This document shows, piece by piece, positions 19,634 to 29,980 of a DNA stretch of 64,000 bases. Under the pieces are notes generated by a model. That model was given only the letters and a program-made list of their open reading frames with translations. It was not told where the DNA came from and searched no databases. How positions within the stretch are numbered: position 1 is the first letter of the stretch; every line of letters starts with the position of its first letter. Both the position numbers and the translations under genes were made by a program. This stretch comes from Myxococcales bacterium (GTDB lineage Bacteria > Myxococcota_A > Polyangia > Polyangiales > Polyangiaceae), in the NCBI GenBank assembly GCA_043747615.1, contig JAYTOU010000080.1, forward strand, positions 1 to 64,000, in the 5' to 3' direction.

Positions 19634-20833
19634 CTAACCGCCGCCCGCATCGCGCACGCCCCCGTCGCGGTCGACGGGTTGTCCAACGGGCACCACCAGG
19701 AGATGGAGGAGGAGCCCTGGCTCGGTCATCGACGAGAGCGCGCTTCCTTCCAAATTCGAGAGCGACGGATCGCCGAGCAGCAGGACCACGAAGTTCGACG
19801 TCGACGCGTAGAGAGCCTCAGGTAGCGCCTGGGGTGCGGTGACGAGCTGGATCTCCGCGAGCGATTTCGTGAAGATCTGCGAGCCAACCGAAATTCGAAA
19901 ACCGCGCGACGCATAGATCCCGGGAGCGCTGCGATCGAGCGTGAAGTTCTCCGGAAAGCCGGACGGCGCGATCTGCCCAAAATTCCCGCTCAGCGCGATG
20001 TCTTGCATGCTCGCAGCGTTCCCAAGCTCTCCGTAGCGGACGCTGAGTGCAGTGCCGACAGCCACGTCTGAGAGCTGCGCAACTTGGACGAAAAACTGCG
20101 AGTGCGTAAGCGTCGTGTAGGCGGTGAGCGGTAGCACACTCAACTTCATATTTCCGGTCGTGCGGTTGTATCCGGCACCACACGAAGCGAGTCCGGCGTC
20201 TGCGGCGCCGGGGACGCAGCCGTGCAGAACGAGGAGCTGAATGTTGTCTTGAACGGCGCGCGGCGGGAGCTGACCGAGATCGTAGTAGCCGCGCTGCCCG
20301 ACGACGGGCGGGTCCTTCGCGAGACACGTGCTGCTGAACGACGTCGGACAGATGCGCTGGCTGCACGGAAGATCGGCACCCCCGCCGGGGCGCACGTCGG
20401 CCTCGGGAATCGCGAACACGCGGTCGTCCGAGAGGGCACCGACATCGGCTTGCCCGAGCGGGCTAAGGCGAACGGCGCTCCCGATCTCCACGCCAACCAC
20501 GTTCGAGTCGGGCATCAGCGCGCGATCGGGCAATGGGCGAAGCGCGCTCGACACCGGAGTGGAAACGAGGGAGCCCCCCGAGAGCTTGCCGAAGCACAGA
20601 CGGAACGCGGGTAAGTTCGGCGACGCGTGGACGAGAATGACCCCCTTCGAGTTGTCGGGCGTCCCTGGGAACGCGTGATTACCCGAGACTGCGTCGCCGC
20701 CGCCGCCGCCGTCGGCCCAGGTACGTGGGTCGGGACTTTCTTTCGATGCGTTGCCCGCCGCCGAGCAGTGAAGGAAGCTTGCGCCTACGACGAGCCCGAT
20801 CGCCGCCGCGATCACGTTTCTTGCACTCATCAT
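19634..20833 (-). CDS. Hypothetical lipoprotein
   Basis: GGAGG RBS; signal peptide ending FLHC; LVHASP motif; several Cys pairs. Confidence 0.78.
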   Translation of the reverse strand: MMSARNVIAAAIGLVVGASFLHCSAAGNASKESPDPRTWADGGGGGDAVSGNHAFPGTPDNSKGVILVHASPNLPAFRLCFGKLSGGSLVSTPVSSALRPLPDRALMPDSNVVGVEIGSAVRLSPLGQADVGALSDDRVFAIPEADVRPGGGADLPCSQRICPTSFSSTCLAKDPPVVGQRGYYDLGQLPPRAVQDNIQLLVLHGCVPGAADAGLASCGAGYNRTTGNMKLSVLPLTAYTTLTHSQFFVQVAQLSDVAVGTALSVRYGELGNAASMQDIALSGNFGQIAPSGFPENFTLDRSAPGIYASRGFRISVGSQIFTKSLAEIQLVTAPQALPEALYASTSNFVVLLLGDPSLSNLEGSALSSMTEPGLLLHLLVVPVGQPVDRDGGVRDAGGG

Positions 20834-21025
20834 TGGAGCCTCCATTCAACTGTAAACCAAGAGCACCAAGCGTGCCTCGTGAGTTCGCCAGAACATCACG
20901 ATGAGCGCTGGTGGGATCGAGACAGAGAAATCACGGTCGGCCCAGCGTGGCACACTGATAAAACCAGGTATTGCGGAAGACCGGTCGGTCACGCATTCTT
21001 TGACGAAGGACTAGGAGTTTCCGAG

Positions 21026-22402
21026 TTGTCAGAGCCGCACGTGGGAATGATGGTGACGCCGAGCGTCTGCCTGGTGAGCCCGCTGGGCGCAGGCGGAATG
21101 GGGAGCGTCTGGGTGGCCGACCACCTCGCCCTCCGCATCAAGGTCGTCGTCAAGTTCATCGCGAACGACCTCGCGAAGAACACGGATGCGCTCGCTCGCT
21201 TCTCGCGCGAGGCAGCGGCGGCAGCGCAAGTGAAGAGCCCGCACGTGGTGCAGACTCTCGACCACGGGGTGAGCGAAGACGGCGCGCCGTACATCGTGAT
21301 GGAGCTCCTCGAAGGGGGCGATCTAGGCGCACGCCTGGAGGGCTCTGCGCCCATGTCCCCCATCGAGGTCGTGAACGTGGTCGTGCAGCTCGCGCGTGCG
21401 CTCGACCGGGCGCATGGTCGCGGGATCGTCCACCGCGACATCAAGCCGAACAACATTTTCCTGTGCGACGCCGGCAACAACGAGGTCTTCGTCAAGCTCC
21501 TCGATTTCGGCATCGCGAAGTACATGGACAGTGTCCTGCTCGACAGCGGGACCAAGACGGGCTCGATGGTCGGCACCCCGTACTACATGAGCCCGGAACA
21601 GGTACTCGGCGCCAAGGACATCGACTTTCGCACCGATCTCTGGTCGGTCGGAGTGGTGGCCTTCGAGGCTCTCACGGGGACGAAGCCGTTCGATGCTGCA
21701 ACGGTGGGCGGCATTGCCATCAAGATCCACAGCGAGCCGCTCCCGAATCCGTCGGCGTTCAACTCCACGCTCCCTGCGGCGGTCGACAAGTGGTTCACCA
21801 AGGCGTGTGCGCGGAAGGCGGACGAGCGGTTCTCGGGCGCAAAAGAAATGGCCGACGCTCTCGCTCTCGCCATCACCGGCGAGGTCATGGCCACTGCGTC
21901 GTCGTCTTCGTCGGGGTCACGCTCGATTCCAAAGTCCCCGTCGTTTGCCCCCGAAGCGCTTGCGGCCACAGCGCACGCGAACGACGTGCGCGCGGCGACC
22001 GACAGTGGCCTGGAACGGAGCGGCCCCGCCGCTGGGGTGAACGGGGGAAAGCTCGCGCTCGTCGCCGGCATCCTCGTCGCGGTCGGATTCGCGGGGTTCC
22101 TCGTGCCGCATTGGTTGAAGGGTGGAGAACCCGTCTCCGCGTCGCCCATTGCGCCGACGGGCGTCGTCATCTCGACCGCGCTCCCGACGGCTACCCTTAC
22201 CGCCGCGCCGAGCCCCACGCCTGCTCCGGGTGCCTCGCTACCGGCGGCTCCGGCGACCTCAGCGATGATCACGACGCCGACGGTGAAGCCGAGGGTGCAT
22301 CACGCGGCGGGAAAAGCGTCGGCGAGCGCTGCTCCGAACGCGGCGGCGCCCGTGCCGCTTCCCTCTCCGGGCCCATCTGCGAGCGGGCATGACATCTTTT
22401 AG
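21026..22402 (+). CDS. Membrane Ser/Thr protein kinase (Hanks type)
   Basis: GAGGMG, VVVK, HRDIKPNN, DFG, GTPYYMSPEQ, DLWS; one TM, then Pro/Ala/Thr tail; AGGAG before TTG 21026. Confidence 0.93.
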   Translation: MSEPHVGMMVTPSVCLVSPLGAGGMGSVWVADHLALRIKVVVKFIANDLAKNTDALARFSREAAAAAQVKSPHVVQTLDHGVSEDGAPYIVMELLEGGDLGARLEGSAPMSPIEVVNVVVQLARALDRAHGRGIVHRDIKPNNIFLCDAGNNEVFVKLLDFGIAKYMDSVLLDSGTKTGSMVGTPYYMSPEQVLGAKDIDFRTDLWSVGVVAFEALTGTKPFDAATVGGIAIKIHSEPLPNPSAFNSTLPAAVDKWFTKACARKADERFSGAKEMADALALAITGEVMATASSSSSGSRSIPKSPSFAPEALAATAHANDVRAATDSGLERSGPAAGVNGGKLALVAGILVAVGFAGFLVPHWLKGGEPVSASPIAPTGVVISTALPTATLTAAPSPTPAPGASLPAAPATSAMITTPTVKPRVHHAAGKASASAAPNAAAPVPLPSPGPSASGHDIF

Positions 22403-23378
22403 AAAGCGGGCGCGCCGCGCGGCGATGGCGCTCAGCCTCGCGTTCACATGTGCGATCACGCCCGCATTCGCGCAGCGCGCGGCTGCCGACGTCGAGACGG
22501 CTCGCCAGCTCTACAACCGGGGGCGTGAGCTTCGCGACCACGGAGAGCTCGTTCTCGCCCTCGAGAAATTCAAGGCTGCTCACGCCCTCGCGAAGACGCC
22601 AATCACTGGCCTCGAGCTGGCGCGCACCCACGCCGCTCTCAACCAACCCGTCGAAGCGCGCGAGCTGTGTCTGAGCGTCGCGCGCATCCCCGTCACCGCC
22701 GAGGAGACCGCGCGCTCGGTCGAAGCTCGGGCCGAAGCGGCAAAAATCGCCGAAGAGGTGAAGCCCAAGATTGCAACGCTCCACATCACGCTGCACGGCG
22801 CGCGGCGTGGCGACGAGACAATCCTCCTCATCGACGGAATCACCGTGCCCGCAGCGGCGATGAGTGAGCCGCGCAGCCTGAACCCAGGGGCGCACGCGAT
22901 CTCGGCACGCATCGGTACGGGCGAAGAAGCCACAGTGTCGACCGAGCTGCGCGAAGGAGAGACGCGCGATCTCGAGCTCACCGTCGTTCCGCCGGCGAAG
23001 GTAGTGGTGGCCGGGCCCGGGGGTAGCCCGGCGCGCTCGGCATCGAAGCTCTCGCCGCTCGTCATTCCTGGCTTCGCGGTCGCCGCGATCGGCGTGGGCG
23101 TGGGAGCGGTCACCGGCATCATCACCATCGCCACCAAGACTGATCTTCAAAGCCGATGCAACGGGAAGGTCTGCGGCCCGAACGAGTACGCCGATCTGGA
23201 TCGCGGACGGACGATGGGAAACGTGAGCACCGTCGCTTTCATCGTCGGCGCGGTGGGCGGAGCGATCGGCATCTACGGACTGACCCATCCCTCCACCGTG
23301 AAGACGAATGCCGCTTGGTCACCGACTGTCCGCCCGTTTCTCGGCGCGGGCTCCGTGGGGGTCCATGGCTCCTTCTGA
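22389..23378 (+). CDS. TPR + PEGA-like protein with C-terminal Gly-rich hydrophobic hairpin
   Basis: Signal peptide, TPR-like helices, LNPGAHAISA, two Gly-rich hydrophobic helices around CNGKVC, ends GVHGSF. Confidence 0.85.
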   Translation: MTSFRKRARRAAMALSLAFTCAITPAFAQRAAADVETARQLYNRGRELRDHGELVLALEKFKAAHALAKTPITGLELARTHAALNQPVEARELCLSVARIPVTAEETARSVEARAEAAKIAEEVKPKIATLHITLHGARRGDETILLIDGITVPAAAMSEPRSLNPGAHAISARIGTGEEATVSTELREGETRDLELTVVPPAKVVVAGPGGSPARSASKLSPLVIPGFAVAAIGVGVGAVTGIITIATKTDLQSRCNGKVCGPNEYADLDRGRTMGNVSTVAFIVGAVGGAIGIYGLTHPSTVKTNAAWSPTVRPFLGAGSVGVHGSF

Positions 23379-23385
23379 ACGGCGT

Positions 23386-24027
23386 GTGAAACGAGGGTTC
23401 TTGATCGTCGGCGGCGCGCTCGGGATCGCCGCGGCGGCGTGTAATGCGCTCGTCGGCCTCGATGCGTTCGAAAAAAACGATTGCGCGCACTGCACCGACG
23501 CCGGTTCGGACGCAGACGCGAGCGATGCTCCCACGAGCGACGCGCCTCCCCCGCCCGTTCCGATCCCGGACGGTGCCGCCGCCGTGAGCTGGGCCCAGTG
23601 GCCGATGCCCTCGCCGGAGGCGGGTCCGAACTTGTTCTCGTACACGCGCAACGCTGACGGCTCGGTCACCGACAAGCGAACGGGGCTCGTGTGGCTCACT
23701 GGATTCACCAGCCCCTTCACACCCGGAGACGACGTCACCAAAGGCTTCGATCTAGCGCGCGCGCACTGCAGAAGCCTCAGCGACGCAGGCACCACGTGGC
23801 GCCTCCCGACACGAATCGAGCTCGTCACGCTCATCGACTACTCGACGCACGCGCCCGCGCTCGACCCAGTCTTCGCGATGGGTCTCAGCGGTGGTTGGTA
23901 CTGGTCGGCGTCCGTGGTTCGACCCGTGGCGCTCCCTTACCGCTTCTGGGCTGTGAATTTCACGACGGGTGAAGTCAGCGACACTGCCCCGAACGATCCT
24001 CGAACCGCGCTTTGTGTGAAGCAATGA
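23386..24027 (+). CDS. DUF1566 (Lcl C-terminal) lipoprotein
   Basis: Lipobox AAAC; VTDKRTGLVW, WRLPTRIEL, YWSAS, terminal CV. Confidence 0.88.
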   Translation: MKRGFLIVGGALGIAAAACNALVGLDAFEKNDCAHCTDAGSDADASDAPTSDAPPPPVPIPDGAAAVSWAQWPMPSPEAGPNLFSYTRNADGSVTDKRTGLVWLTGFTSPFTPGDDVTKGFDLARAHCRSLSDAGTTWRLPTRIELVTLIDYSTHAPALDPVFAMGLSGGWYWSASVVRPVALPYRFWAVNFTTGEVSDTAPNDPRTALCVKQ

Positions 24028-24506
24028 AGACGCGCTCGCGCTTGATTCTGAGGGCTTTGCGCTCGCTGGCGATTCCCGTGCTCATCGTCGGTCCGGTTCT
24101 CGCTGACGCGCCGAGCGATCAGTACAGCCCGTACGTGCGCGCCAATCTCGAGATCGGCGACACGAAGACTTTCTTGAGCTGGCGGCGCTCGGTCACCGGC
24201 GATAGCACCTTCGTCGAGGCTAATGACGCACAGGTTTCGTGCCCAGCCGGAGCCTCGTACCGGATCCCCACGATGAAGGAGCTGCTGACCCTCGTCGACG
24301 AGCAACCCCACGACGAATACGAGGACGGCGGCTTGGTCGCGCGAACGATCGACCGGAGCGCCTTTCCCCTGACCCCCGCTGCCGAGTTCTGGACCAGCAC
24401 GACCTCCGCCGCAGATCCGTCGCTTGGCTGGGTCGTCGACTTCAGTACCGGAGCGGCGCTCCTGCGAAACAAGGGCGAGAAGCACTTCGTCCGCTGCGTT
24501 CGGTAG
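24024..24506 (+). CDS. DUF1566 (Lcl C-terminal) secreted protein
   Basis: ATGA overlap; YRIPTMKEL, FWTST, WVVDF, VRCVR. Confidence 0.85.
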   Translation: MKTRSRLILRALRSLAIPVLIVGPVLADAPSDQYSPYVRANLEIGDTKTFLSWRRSVTGDSTFVEANDAQVSCPAGASYRIPTMKELLTLVDEQPHDEYEDGGLVARTIDRSAFPLTPAAEFWTSTTSAADPSLGWVVDFSTGAALLRNKGEKHFVRCVR

Positions 24507-24544
24507 GGGCAGTGCTTCGGCAGGCGCGGTGGTAAGCTCTAAAG

Positions 24545-26446
24545 ATGCGGCTCATCTCTCTTGCCGCGAGCCTCTTTTTCGCTGGCTGCTCGAGCGACGC
24601 GGCGAACGGAGCGATGCCGGTCGGGGGCGACGCCGGCGGGGCTCCGATGGCAGACGCTGGCCCGACTGCCGATGCGACGGGTTGCGTCAGGATCGCCGAT
24701 GCAGGCGCGTCGAGCGCGTACACGCTCCGCTTCGACGTGCTCGGGTACCTTCCGGCGGGGGATCGATGGGCGATGCTCATGGCCGATTCCAAGCTTCCAC
24801 CGGCGAAGTACCGAATCGTCGACGAGACGGGATGCGCCATCGGGTCCGGCACTGCGGGGCCGCGGCTCATCGACACGACCAGTCTCGCGGGCCTGCCGCT
24901 TCAGGGTGACCGCGTCGATCTCTCGGCCATCCCTGGGCCAGGGACCTACTCCGTGGTTCTCGAAGACGGCGGGCGCTTCGGACCAATTGTCGTTGGAAGC
25001 AACGTCTACGCGTCCGTGCTTCCGAAGTTGCTCCAATTTTTGGGTGCGCAGCGCTGTGGCGCGACCACCATGGCGATCTCGCAGCACGCCTCTTGTCATC
25101 TCCATGCGTCCGTTGCGGGCGCATCCTCCGGCGACGGCGTCGCGGTCAACAACGGTTACACCGGCGCAGTCGACAAGACCACTGGGCCTGCAGTCGACGT
25201 CGAGGGAGGCTGGCACGACGCAGGCGACTACATCAAATTCGTGGGGACCACTTCCTTCACGCTCGCCGTCGATCTGCTCGCGCTGCGCGATCACGAAAAA
25301 GCATTCGCTTCGTCCGCCGCTGGCACGCAGATGAGCGCGCTCCGCGGCGAGCTACGCTGGGGGCTCGATTGGCTCGTCAAGATGCTCGGCGGCGCGGAGA
25401 TGTTCCACCAGGTGAGCGGCGCCAAGGATCACGATCCAGCGTGGCGCATCCCCGAGCTCGACACGACGACTCCGATTCCCGGCTACACGCAGCGGCCTGT
25501 TTTCCGCTTCGCTCCGGGGCGCGGAGCCAACTTGCTCGGACGCTCGGCGGCGGCGCTTGCTCTCGGATCTCAGGTCTACGCGGACGACCCACCCTATGCT
25601 GCAAAGCTGCTTGCTCTGGCCCGCGTCGTCTACGCCGCAGGAAAAGCGAACCTGCTGTCACAGAATCCGGACCCCATCGATTTCTACCTCGAGACCTCGC
25701 ACCGCGACGACCTGACGTTCGGCGCTGCCATTCTCGCGCAGACGACCGGCGAAGCCGCTTTTGCTTCCGAGGCGCTCGCGGGCGGACGCGGGCTCATCAC
25801 CGCCGTGACCAGCGCGAAAGCACTCCAATGGGGCGACGTGCGCGCGCTCGCTCTCTTGGAGGCGGGCCTCGCTTTTCCGGACGGAAGCGCAGAGCGCGCG
25901 GAGCTAGCGGGCGATCTCGACCAACTCGCCGCGCCGATTCTGGCCAGCGCGACGGCGCCAAAGGGAGCGGGTGCGCCCTTCCGTTACGCGCTCGACGCGT
26001 TCGGCAACGGGACCATCGAGGAATCCCTTGGCGCCGCAGCGGTGTGCCTTGCCGCACGTCGGTTGTCGCCGACCACGAACGCGGCGTGCGCCGAAGTCGC
26101 CCGATCACAGTTGCACTGGCTCTTCGGGCTCAATCCGTTTGGCGTGCCCTTCATGGTCGGCGTTGGCCAGGCGTACCCGAAGAACATTCAGCACGCGCTC
26201 GCCCAAGCCGCGCAGATCACGCTCACCGGCGCGATTATCGGCGGTCCCACCAGCATGAGCGTCCTCAACGGCAGCTTCGCAACCGACCCGAGCCTCACCC
26301 TTCCTACCGCAACGAGCACCTACGCGCGGTGGTCGACGCAAGACCTCGTCTACGACGACATCGTCGCAAACTACGTGGTGAACGAGCCCGCGATCGATTT
26401 TACCGCGCCCCTGGTGTTCGTCCTCGGCGAGCTGCTTTCGCCTTAG
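24545..26446 (+). CDS. Glycoside hydrolase family 9 lipoprotein
   Basis: Lipobox FAGC; N-terminal Ig-like part; GGWHDAGDYIKF; GLNPFG; NEPAIDF catalytic Glu region. Confidence 0.9.
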   Translation: MRLISLAASLFFAGCSSDAANGAMPVGGDAGGAPMADAGPTADATGCVRIADAGASSAYTLRFDVLGYLPAGDRWAMLMADSKLPPAKYRIVDETGCAIGSGTAGPRLIDTTSLAGLPLQGDRVDLSAIPGPGTYSVVLEDGGRFGPIVVGSNVYASVLPKLLQFLGAQRCGATTMAISQHASCHLHASVAGASSGDGVAVNNGYTGAVDKTTGPAVDVEGGWHDAGDYIKFVGTTSFTLAVDLLALRDHEKAFASSAAGTQMSALRGELRWGLDWLVKMLGGAEMFHQVSGAKDHDPAWRIPELDTTTPIPGYTQRPVFRFAPGRGANLLGRSAAALALGSQVYADDPPYAAKLLALARVVYAAGKANLLSQNPDPIDFYLETSHRDDLTFGAAILAQTTGEAAFASEALAGGRGLITAVTSAKALQWGDVRALALLEAGLAFPDGSAERAELAGDLDQLAAPILASATAPKGAGAPFRYALDAFGNGTIEESLGAAAVCLAARRLSPTTNAACAEVARSQLHWLFGLNPFGVPFMVGVGQAYPKNIQHALAQAAQITLTGAIIGGPTSMSVLNGSFATDPSLTLPTATSTYARWSTQDLVYDDIVANYVVNEPAIDFTAPLVFVLGELLSP

Positions 26447-26501
26447 TGAGTCACGGCTTCTCCTAGCGCGATTCGCGATCCTGACGTACATCCTGCCGGC
26501 C

Positions 26502-27338
26502 ATGCGCAAATCACGACCCACATCGGTTTCGTTCGTCGCTCTGCTCCTTCTCGGAGCGGCGTGCTCGGCGTCCGGGAGCTCGTACATCCCGACGGACGAC
26601 GGCGGCAGCGCGTCCGACAGCGCGGGCGGACACGACGACGGCGCCACGACCGCCGACGGCGGCAGCGCAGACAGCTCCGCGGGCGACACGGGGCAAAAGA
26701 GCGACAGCAGCGGAGACAGCGCCGTCGGCACTACGCTCCACGGTAGGCTGGTCAACTTTCAGAGCGGGACGGCGATCGCAGGGGGCACCGTGAGCGGCGG
26801 CGGTAACACCGCAACCAGCGACGCGACCGGCGTCTTCGATCTCGCGGTCGCGCTCGGCATCCCGTTCACCGCCACGGCTACGGCGGCGACGTACACGAAG
26901 CTCATTGGTCAAGAGATCCAGATCAGCGCGAGCGTCGACTTCGGCACCTTGCCGATGATCTCCGCGGGCACCACCTCCGTCCTTCGCGCGCAGCTCACCG
27001 GGTACGACGCCGGCAAAGGCGCGCTCATCGTCCTCGTCGTTCCCAGCGGGGCGTGCGCGAGCGAAGGAGGCGCGACGCTAAGCGTGTCCCCCGCTGGCAC
27101 CGTCGTGTATTTTTCGGGCGGCTTTCCCAGCGCTTCGGCCACCTCCGTCGCTGCCGGCCAAGCACCATCCGCGGTGATCTACAACATTCCGCCCGGCGTC
27201 GCGCTCACCCTCTCCGTCACCTCATCGACCTGCTCGCAGACAGCGTACCCGGTCACCCAGGGCGCGCTGACGTACACGGGAGCCATGCAGGTCGAAGCAG
27301 GCGCCTCCGTCAGCGCCGCGAAGATTTTCCTGCAGTAA
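26502..27338 (+). CDS. Lipoprotein with carboxypeptidase-regulatory-like beta domains
   Basis: Lipobox GAAC; Asp/Gly/Ser linker; ATSDATGVF motif. Confidence 0.78.
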   Translation: MRKSRPTSVSFVALLLLGAACSASGSSYIPTDDGGSASDSAGGHDDGATTADGGSADSSAGDTGQKSDSSGDSAVGTTLHGRLVNFQSGTAIAGGTVSGGGNTATSDATGVFDLAVALGIPFTATATAATYTKLIGQEIQISASVDFGTLPMISAGTTSVLRAQLTGYDAGKGALIVLVVPSGACASEGGATLSVSPAGTVVYFSGGFPSASATSVAAGQAPSAVIYNIPPGVALTLSVTSSTCSQTAYPVTQGALTYTGAMQVEAGASVSAAKIFLQ

Positions 27339-27497
27339 AGCTCCCGGTGCGCATCCCCGTCCTCAGTTTTCTTCAGCTTCTTGAGGACTACGGTTGAGGT
27401 TGCGATCGCCGTCGCGCAGGTCGTGAGAGCTCTTCGTGGGCGAAGCGTAGTCGACCTTCCAGTGTCGTGGCATGCTGCTAATCCGAGGTAAGACGTC

Positions 27498-28313
27498 ATG
27501 AGCGCAAAGAAAAAGAAGAAAGAAAAATCCAAATCGTCGGACCTCTCCAACTCCGTCTACGAACGCGAGATCGCAAAATTGCAGATCGAGCTCGTGAAGC
27601 TCCAGTACTGGGCGCGACATTCAGGCCTGCGCGTGGTCATGCTGTTCGAGGGGCGCGACGCCGCCGGCAAGGGCGGAACGATCAAGCGCATCACCGAGAC
27701 GCTGAACCCGCGCTCGTGCCGCGTCGTCGCCCTGGCGACCCCGTCTGATCGCGAGAAGACGCAGTGGTATTTCCAGCGCTACGTGGCTCACCTCCCCGCC
27801 GCGGGAGAGATCGTGCTCTTCGATCGCAGCTGGTACAACCGCGCCGGCGTCGAGCGCGTCATGGGATTCTGCACGGACGAAGAGTACGCAGAGTTCTTGC
27901 GCGCGTGCCCCGAGTTCGAGCGCATGCTGGTCCGCTCCGGAATTCTGGTGCTCAAGTACTGGTTCTCGGTGAGCGACGACGAGCAGGAGAGGCGCTTCCA
28001 GAGCCGGCTCGAAGATCCCGTCAAACGATGGAAATTGAGCCCGATGGACATCGAGTCCCGAAGCAAATGGGTGGAGTACTCGAAGGCCAAGGACGAGATG
28101 ATCGCTCACACCAACATTCCCGAAGCGCCGTGGTTCACGGTCGAAGCAGACGTCAAGAAGCGGGCACGGCTGAACACGATCGCTCACATCTTGAGCAAGA
28201 TTCCGTACAAGGACACGACCCCCGAGCCCTTGGAGCTGCCGCCGCGCGCCCCCGTCGGCGACTACGTTCGTCCACCGATGGCCGAGCAGTTCTACGTTCC
28301 CCAAGTCTACTGA
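27498..28313 (+). CDS. ppk2: Polyphosphate kinase 2 (single domain)
   Basis: EGRDAAGKGG, WYFQRY, FDRSWYNRAGVE, WKLSPMD. Confidence 0.96.
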   Translation: MSAKKKKKEKSKSSDLSNSVYEREIAKLQIELVKLQYWARHSGLRVVMLFEGRDAAGKGGTIKRITETLNPRSCRVVALATPSDREKTQWYFQRYVAHLPAAGEIVLFDRSWYNRAGVERVMGFCTDEEYAEFLRACPEFERMLVRSGILVLKYWFSVSDDEQERRFQSRLEDPVKRWKLSPMDIESRSKWVEYSKAKDEMIAHTNIPEAPWFTVEADVKKRARLNTIAHILSKIPYKDTTPEPLELPPRAPVGDYVRPPMAEQFYVPQVY

Positions 28314-28434
28314 AGCGAGGCTTTGGCGGCGGCGCGGCAATCGTCGAGTGACGCCAAGGAGAGCGACAGCCACAGCGCGGTGAAGGCGTCAGCCGAGGTC
28401 GCAGAGAGCTGAACGGTCGCTAAACCTGCCGTGA

Positions 28435-28884
28435 TCATTTCTCGAGGAGCATCTTCAGGGTCTTCTTCACGCGGCGCGCGCGGGTCTCCGGCTTCTTGGC
28501 GCCGGTGATCGCCTCGGCGTGCTCTCTCTGGCGGCTGTAGCTGAGCTTTTTCCAGGCAGCTTGAGCGGGCCCGCTCTTTGCGAATGCTCTAGCCAGCTCG
28601 GCAGGCATGAGGACGACCCGCGGCTCGTCGTCGAGCTCGATGGTCACGTCGACGACGTCTCCGATCTCGACGCCGGCCGCGTCACGATTCGACTTCCGAA
28701 TAGGGAGGTACGAGCGATCGTTGTAAACTGCAATCGTCGATCGGTACTGGTGGCGGTTGACCGTAACCTTGACGGGCGGGCACGCCTTACCGAAGACGAC
28801 CTTCGCGTCGAACGGCACCTCGATGAAGAGGCTGCCTTCATCGCTCCCGAGCTTTGCCTTGAACCGCTTGATCGACCGCTTCAC
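28435..28884 (-). CDS. DUF1905 / YdeI-OmpD-associated protein
   Basis: VKVTVN..YRSTI, LSYSRQRE, AKKPETRARRV. Confidence 0.88.
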   Translation of the reverse strand: MKRSIKRFKAKLGSDEGSLFIEVPFDAKVVFGKACPPVKVTVNRHQYRSTIAVYNDRSYLPIRKSNRDAAGVEIGDVVDVTIELDDEPRVVLMPAELARAFAKSGPAQAAWKKLSYSRQREHAEAITGAKKPETRARRVKKTLKMLLEK

Positions 28885-29246
28885 GGCGCCGATGGATCCT
28901 GCCCGACCCCCGGAACGGTGACCTTCCCGTCCTTGCCGACGACCACGGACCTCCCGGTCGAGTCGGTGAACTTGGTGCCCGCTGCACCGGTGACGGCGCT
29001 CGCTCCCTTGTCGTCGATGGCGGCGCTGTTTCTTTTGTTGTCGGTAACGACCTTGTTGCCCTTGCCGTCGGTAGTGATGTTGACCTTCCCGCTCGGCATC
29101 GCAATCCTGACTGCGGGCGTGGCCTTCAGCGCTCCCGTCTTGTCGGCCGCTGCGGCGGCACCTGTCGGCGGAGTGGTGACCGCGATCTCCGTGGGAGGCG
29201 CCGTGGCCGCGACGGGATCGGAGCTGTCAGACGCGAACGCGGGCAA
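28881..29246 (-). CDS. Hypothetical protein, possibly a 5'-truncated secreted protein
   Basis: Ala/Pro/Thr linker then beta-hairpin repeats (TDGKG, DDKG, TDSTG, GKDG); stop overlaps the next start; no signal peptide or convincing start. Confidence 0.5.
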   Translation of the reverse strand: MPAFASDSSDPVAATAPPTEIAVTTPPTGAAAAADKTGALKATPAVRIAMPSGKVNITTDGKGNKVVTDNKRNSAAIDDKGASAVTGAAGTKFTDSTGRSVVVGKDGKVTVPGVGQDPSAP

Positions 29247-29949
29247 TGACGTGACCCACGAAGAACGGCCCCATCTGGATGATGAACTCCGCCGTCTGGC
29301 GTGTCTTGCGCATGGCCTGCACCAGGTGCGAGATCGGATGAAGGTCGTGGGCTACGATGCCGATCACGAACTCGTTGTCTTTCGCGTCGAGCCCATGGCA
29401 CGCAAGGCGGATGTCGCTCGCGAGGCCTTGGGCGCCGTACGCCATGCCGATCGCCGCGTGCTCGCGCATCATGTGACTCTGATCGATCGGCTCGACCTTC
29501 ATGAACTCGCCCGACCGCCGGAGCGGGTACCAGACGTGCCACGGGAGCTCTTCGTTCGAGACGTTCTGAATGGCGCGATCGAGAAGCGAGAACGCGAGTT
29601 CGGGCTCGTGACCGGTGGAATACGTGCGACCGAACATGGCGAAGTCGTCACGAAACCGGGCGTCAGGGAGCTTGGCGAGCACCGGTCGCACGTGAGTCAC
29701 GAAGTGCGCAGGATCCTCGCTCCATGTGAGGACGCCGTAGCCGCGGGGGCTCGACGTGTCGGCGTAGACGACGGCCGGGACCTTTGCGCTCGCGAGGTTT
29801 GCTGCGATATGCCCGCCGTCGTGCGGGTACTCGAACACGAGCAGCTGCATGAAGAGGCGCCGATTGAGCGACTGTCGGATGCCATCCTTCTTGCCGCCGT
29901 ATTCGTTTACGTCGATCGTCGGTAGGCCCGGCTGCTTCTCTTCCGTCAT
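29227..29949 (-). CDS. hemQ: Chlorite dismutase-family protein, probable coproheme decarboxylase
   Basis: YPLRR, MMREH (heme ligand), GLDAKDNEFVI, LVQAMR, GPFFVG; no signal peptide. Confidence 0.78.
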   Translation of the reverse strand: MTEEKQPGLPTIDVNEYGGKKDGIRQSLNRRLFMQLLVFEYPHDGGHIAANLASAKVPAVVYADTSSPRGYGVLTWSEDPAHFVTHVRPVLAKLPDARFRDDFAMFGRTYSTGHEPELAFSLLDRAIQNVSNEELPWHVWYPLRRSGEFMKVEPIDQSHMMREHAAIGMAYGAQGLASDIRLACHGLDAKDNEFVIGIVAHDLHPISHLVQAMRKTRQTAEFIIQMGPFFVGHVIARVRV

Positions 29950-29980
29950 GGCGAAAGCATAGCGCTTCTCGTCGGCTTTT

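Noticed and set aside
23386..24506. Tandem DUF1566 genes as diversity-generating retroelement targets
   Set aside because: No reverse transcriptase and no near-identical template/variable repeat pair seen in the window.
29227..29949. True chlorite dismutase indicating perchlorate respiration
   Set aside because: No signal peptide or reductase genes nearby; the YPLRR motif fits the coproheme decarboxylase branch better.
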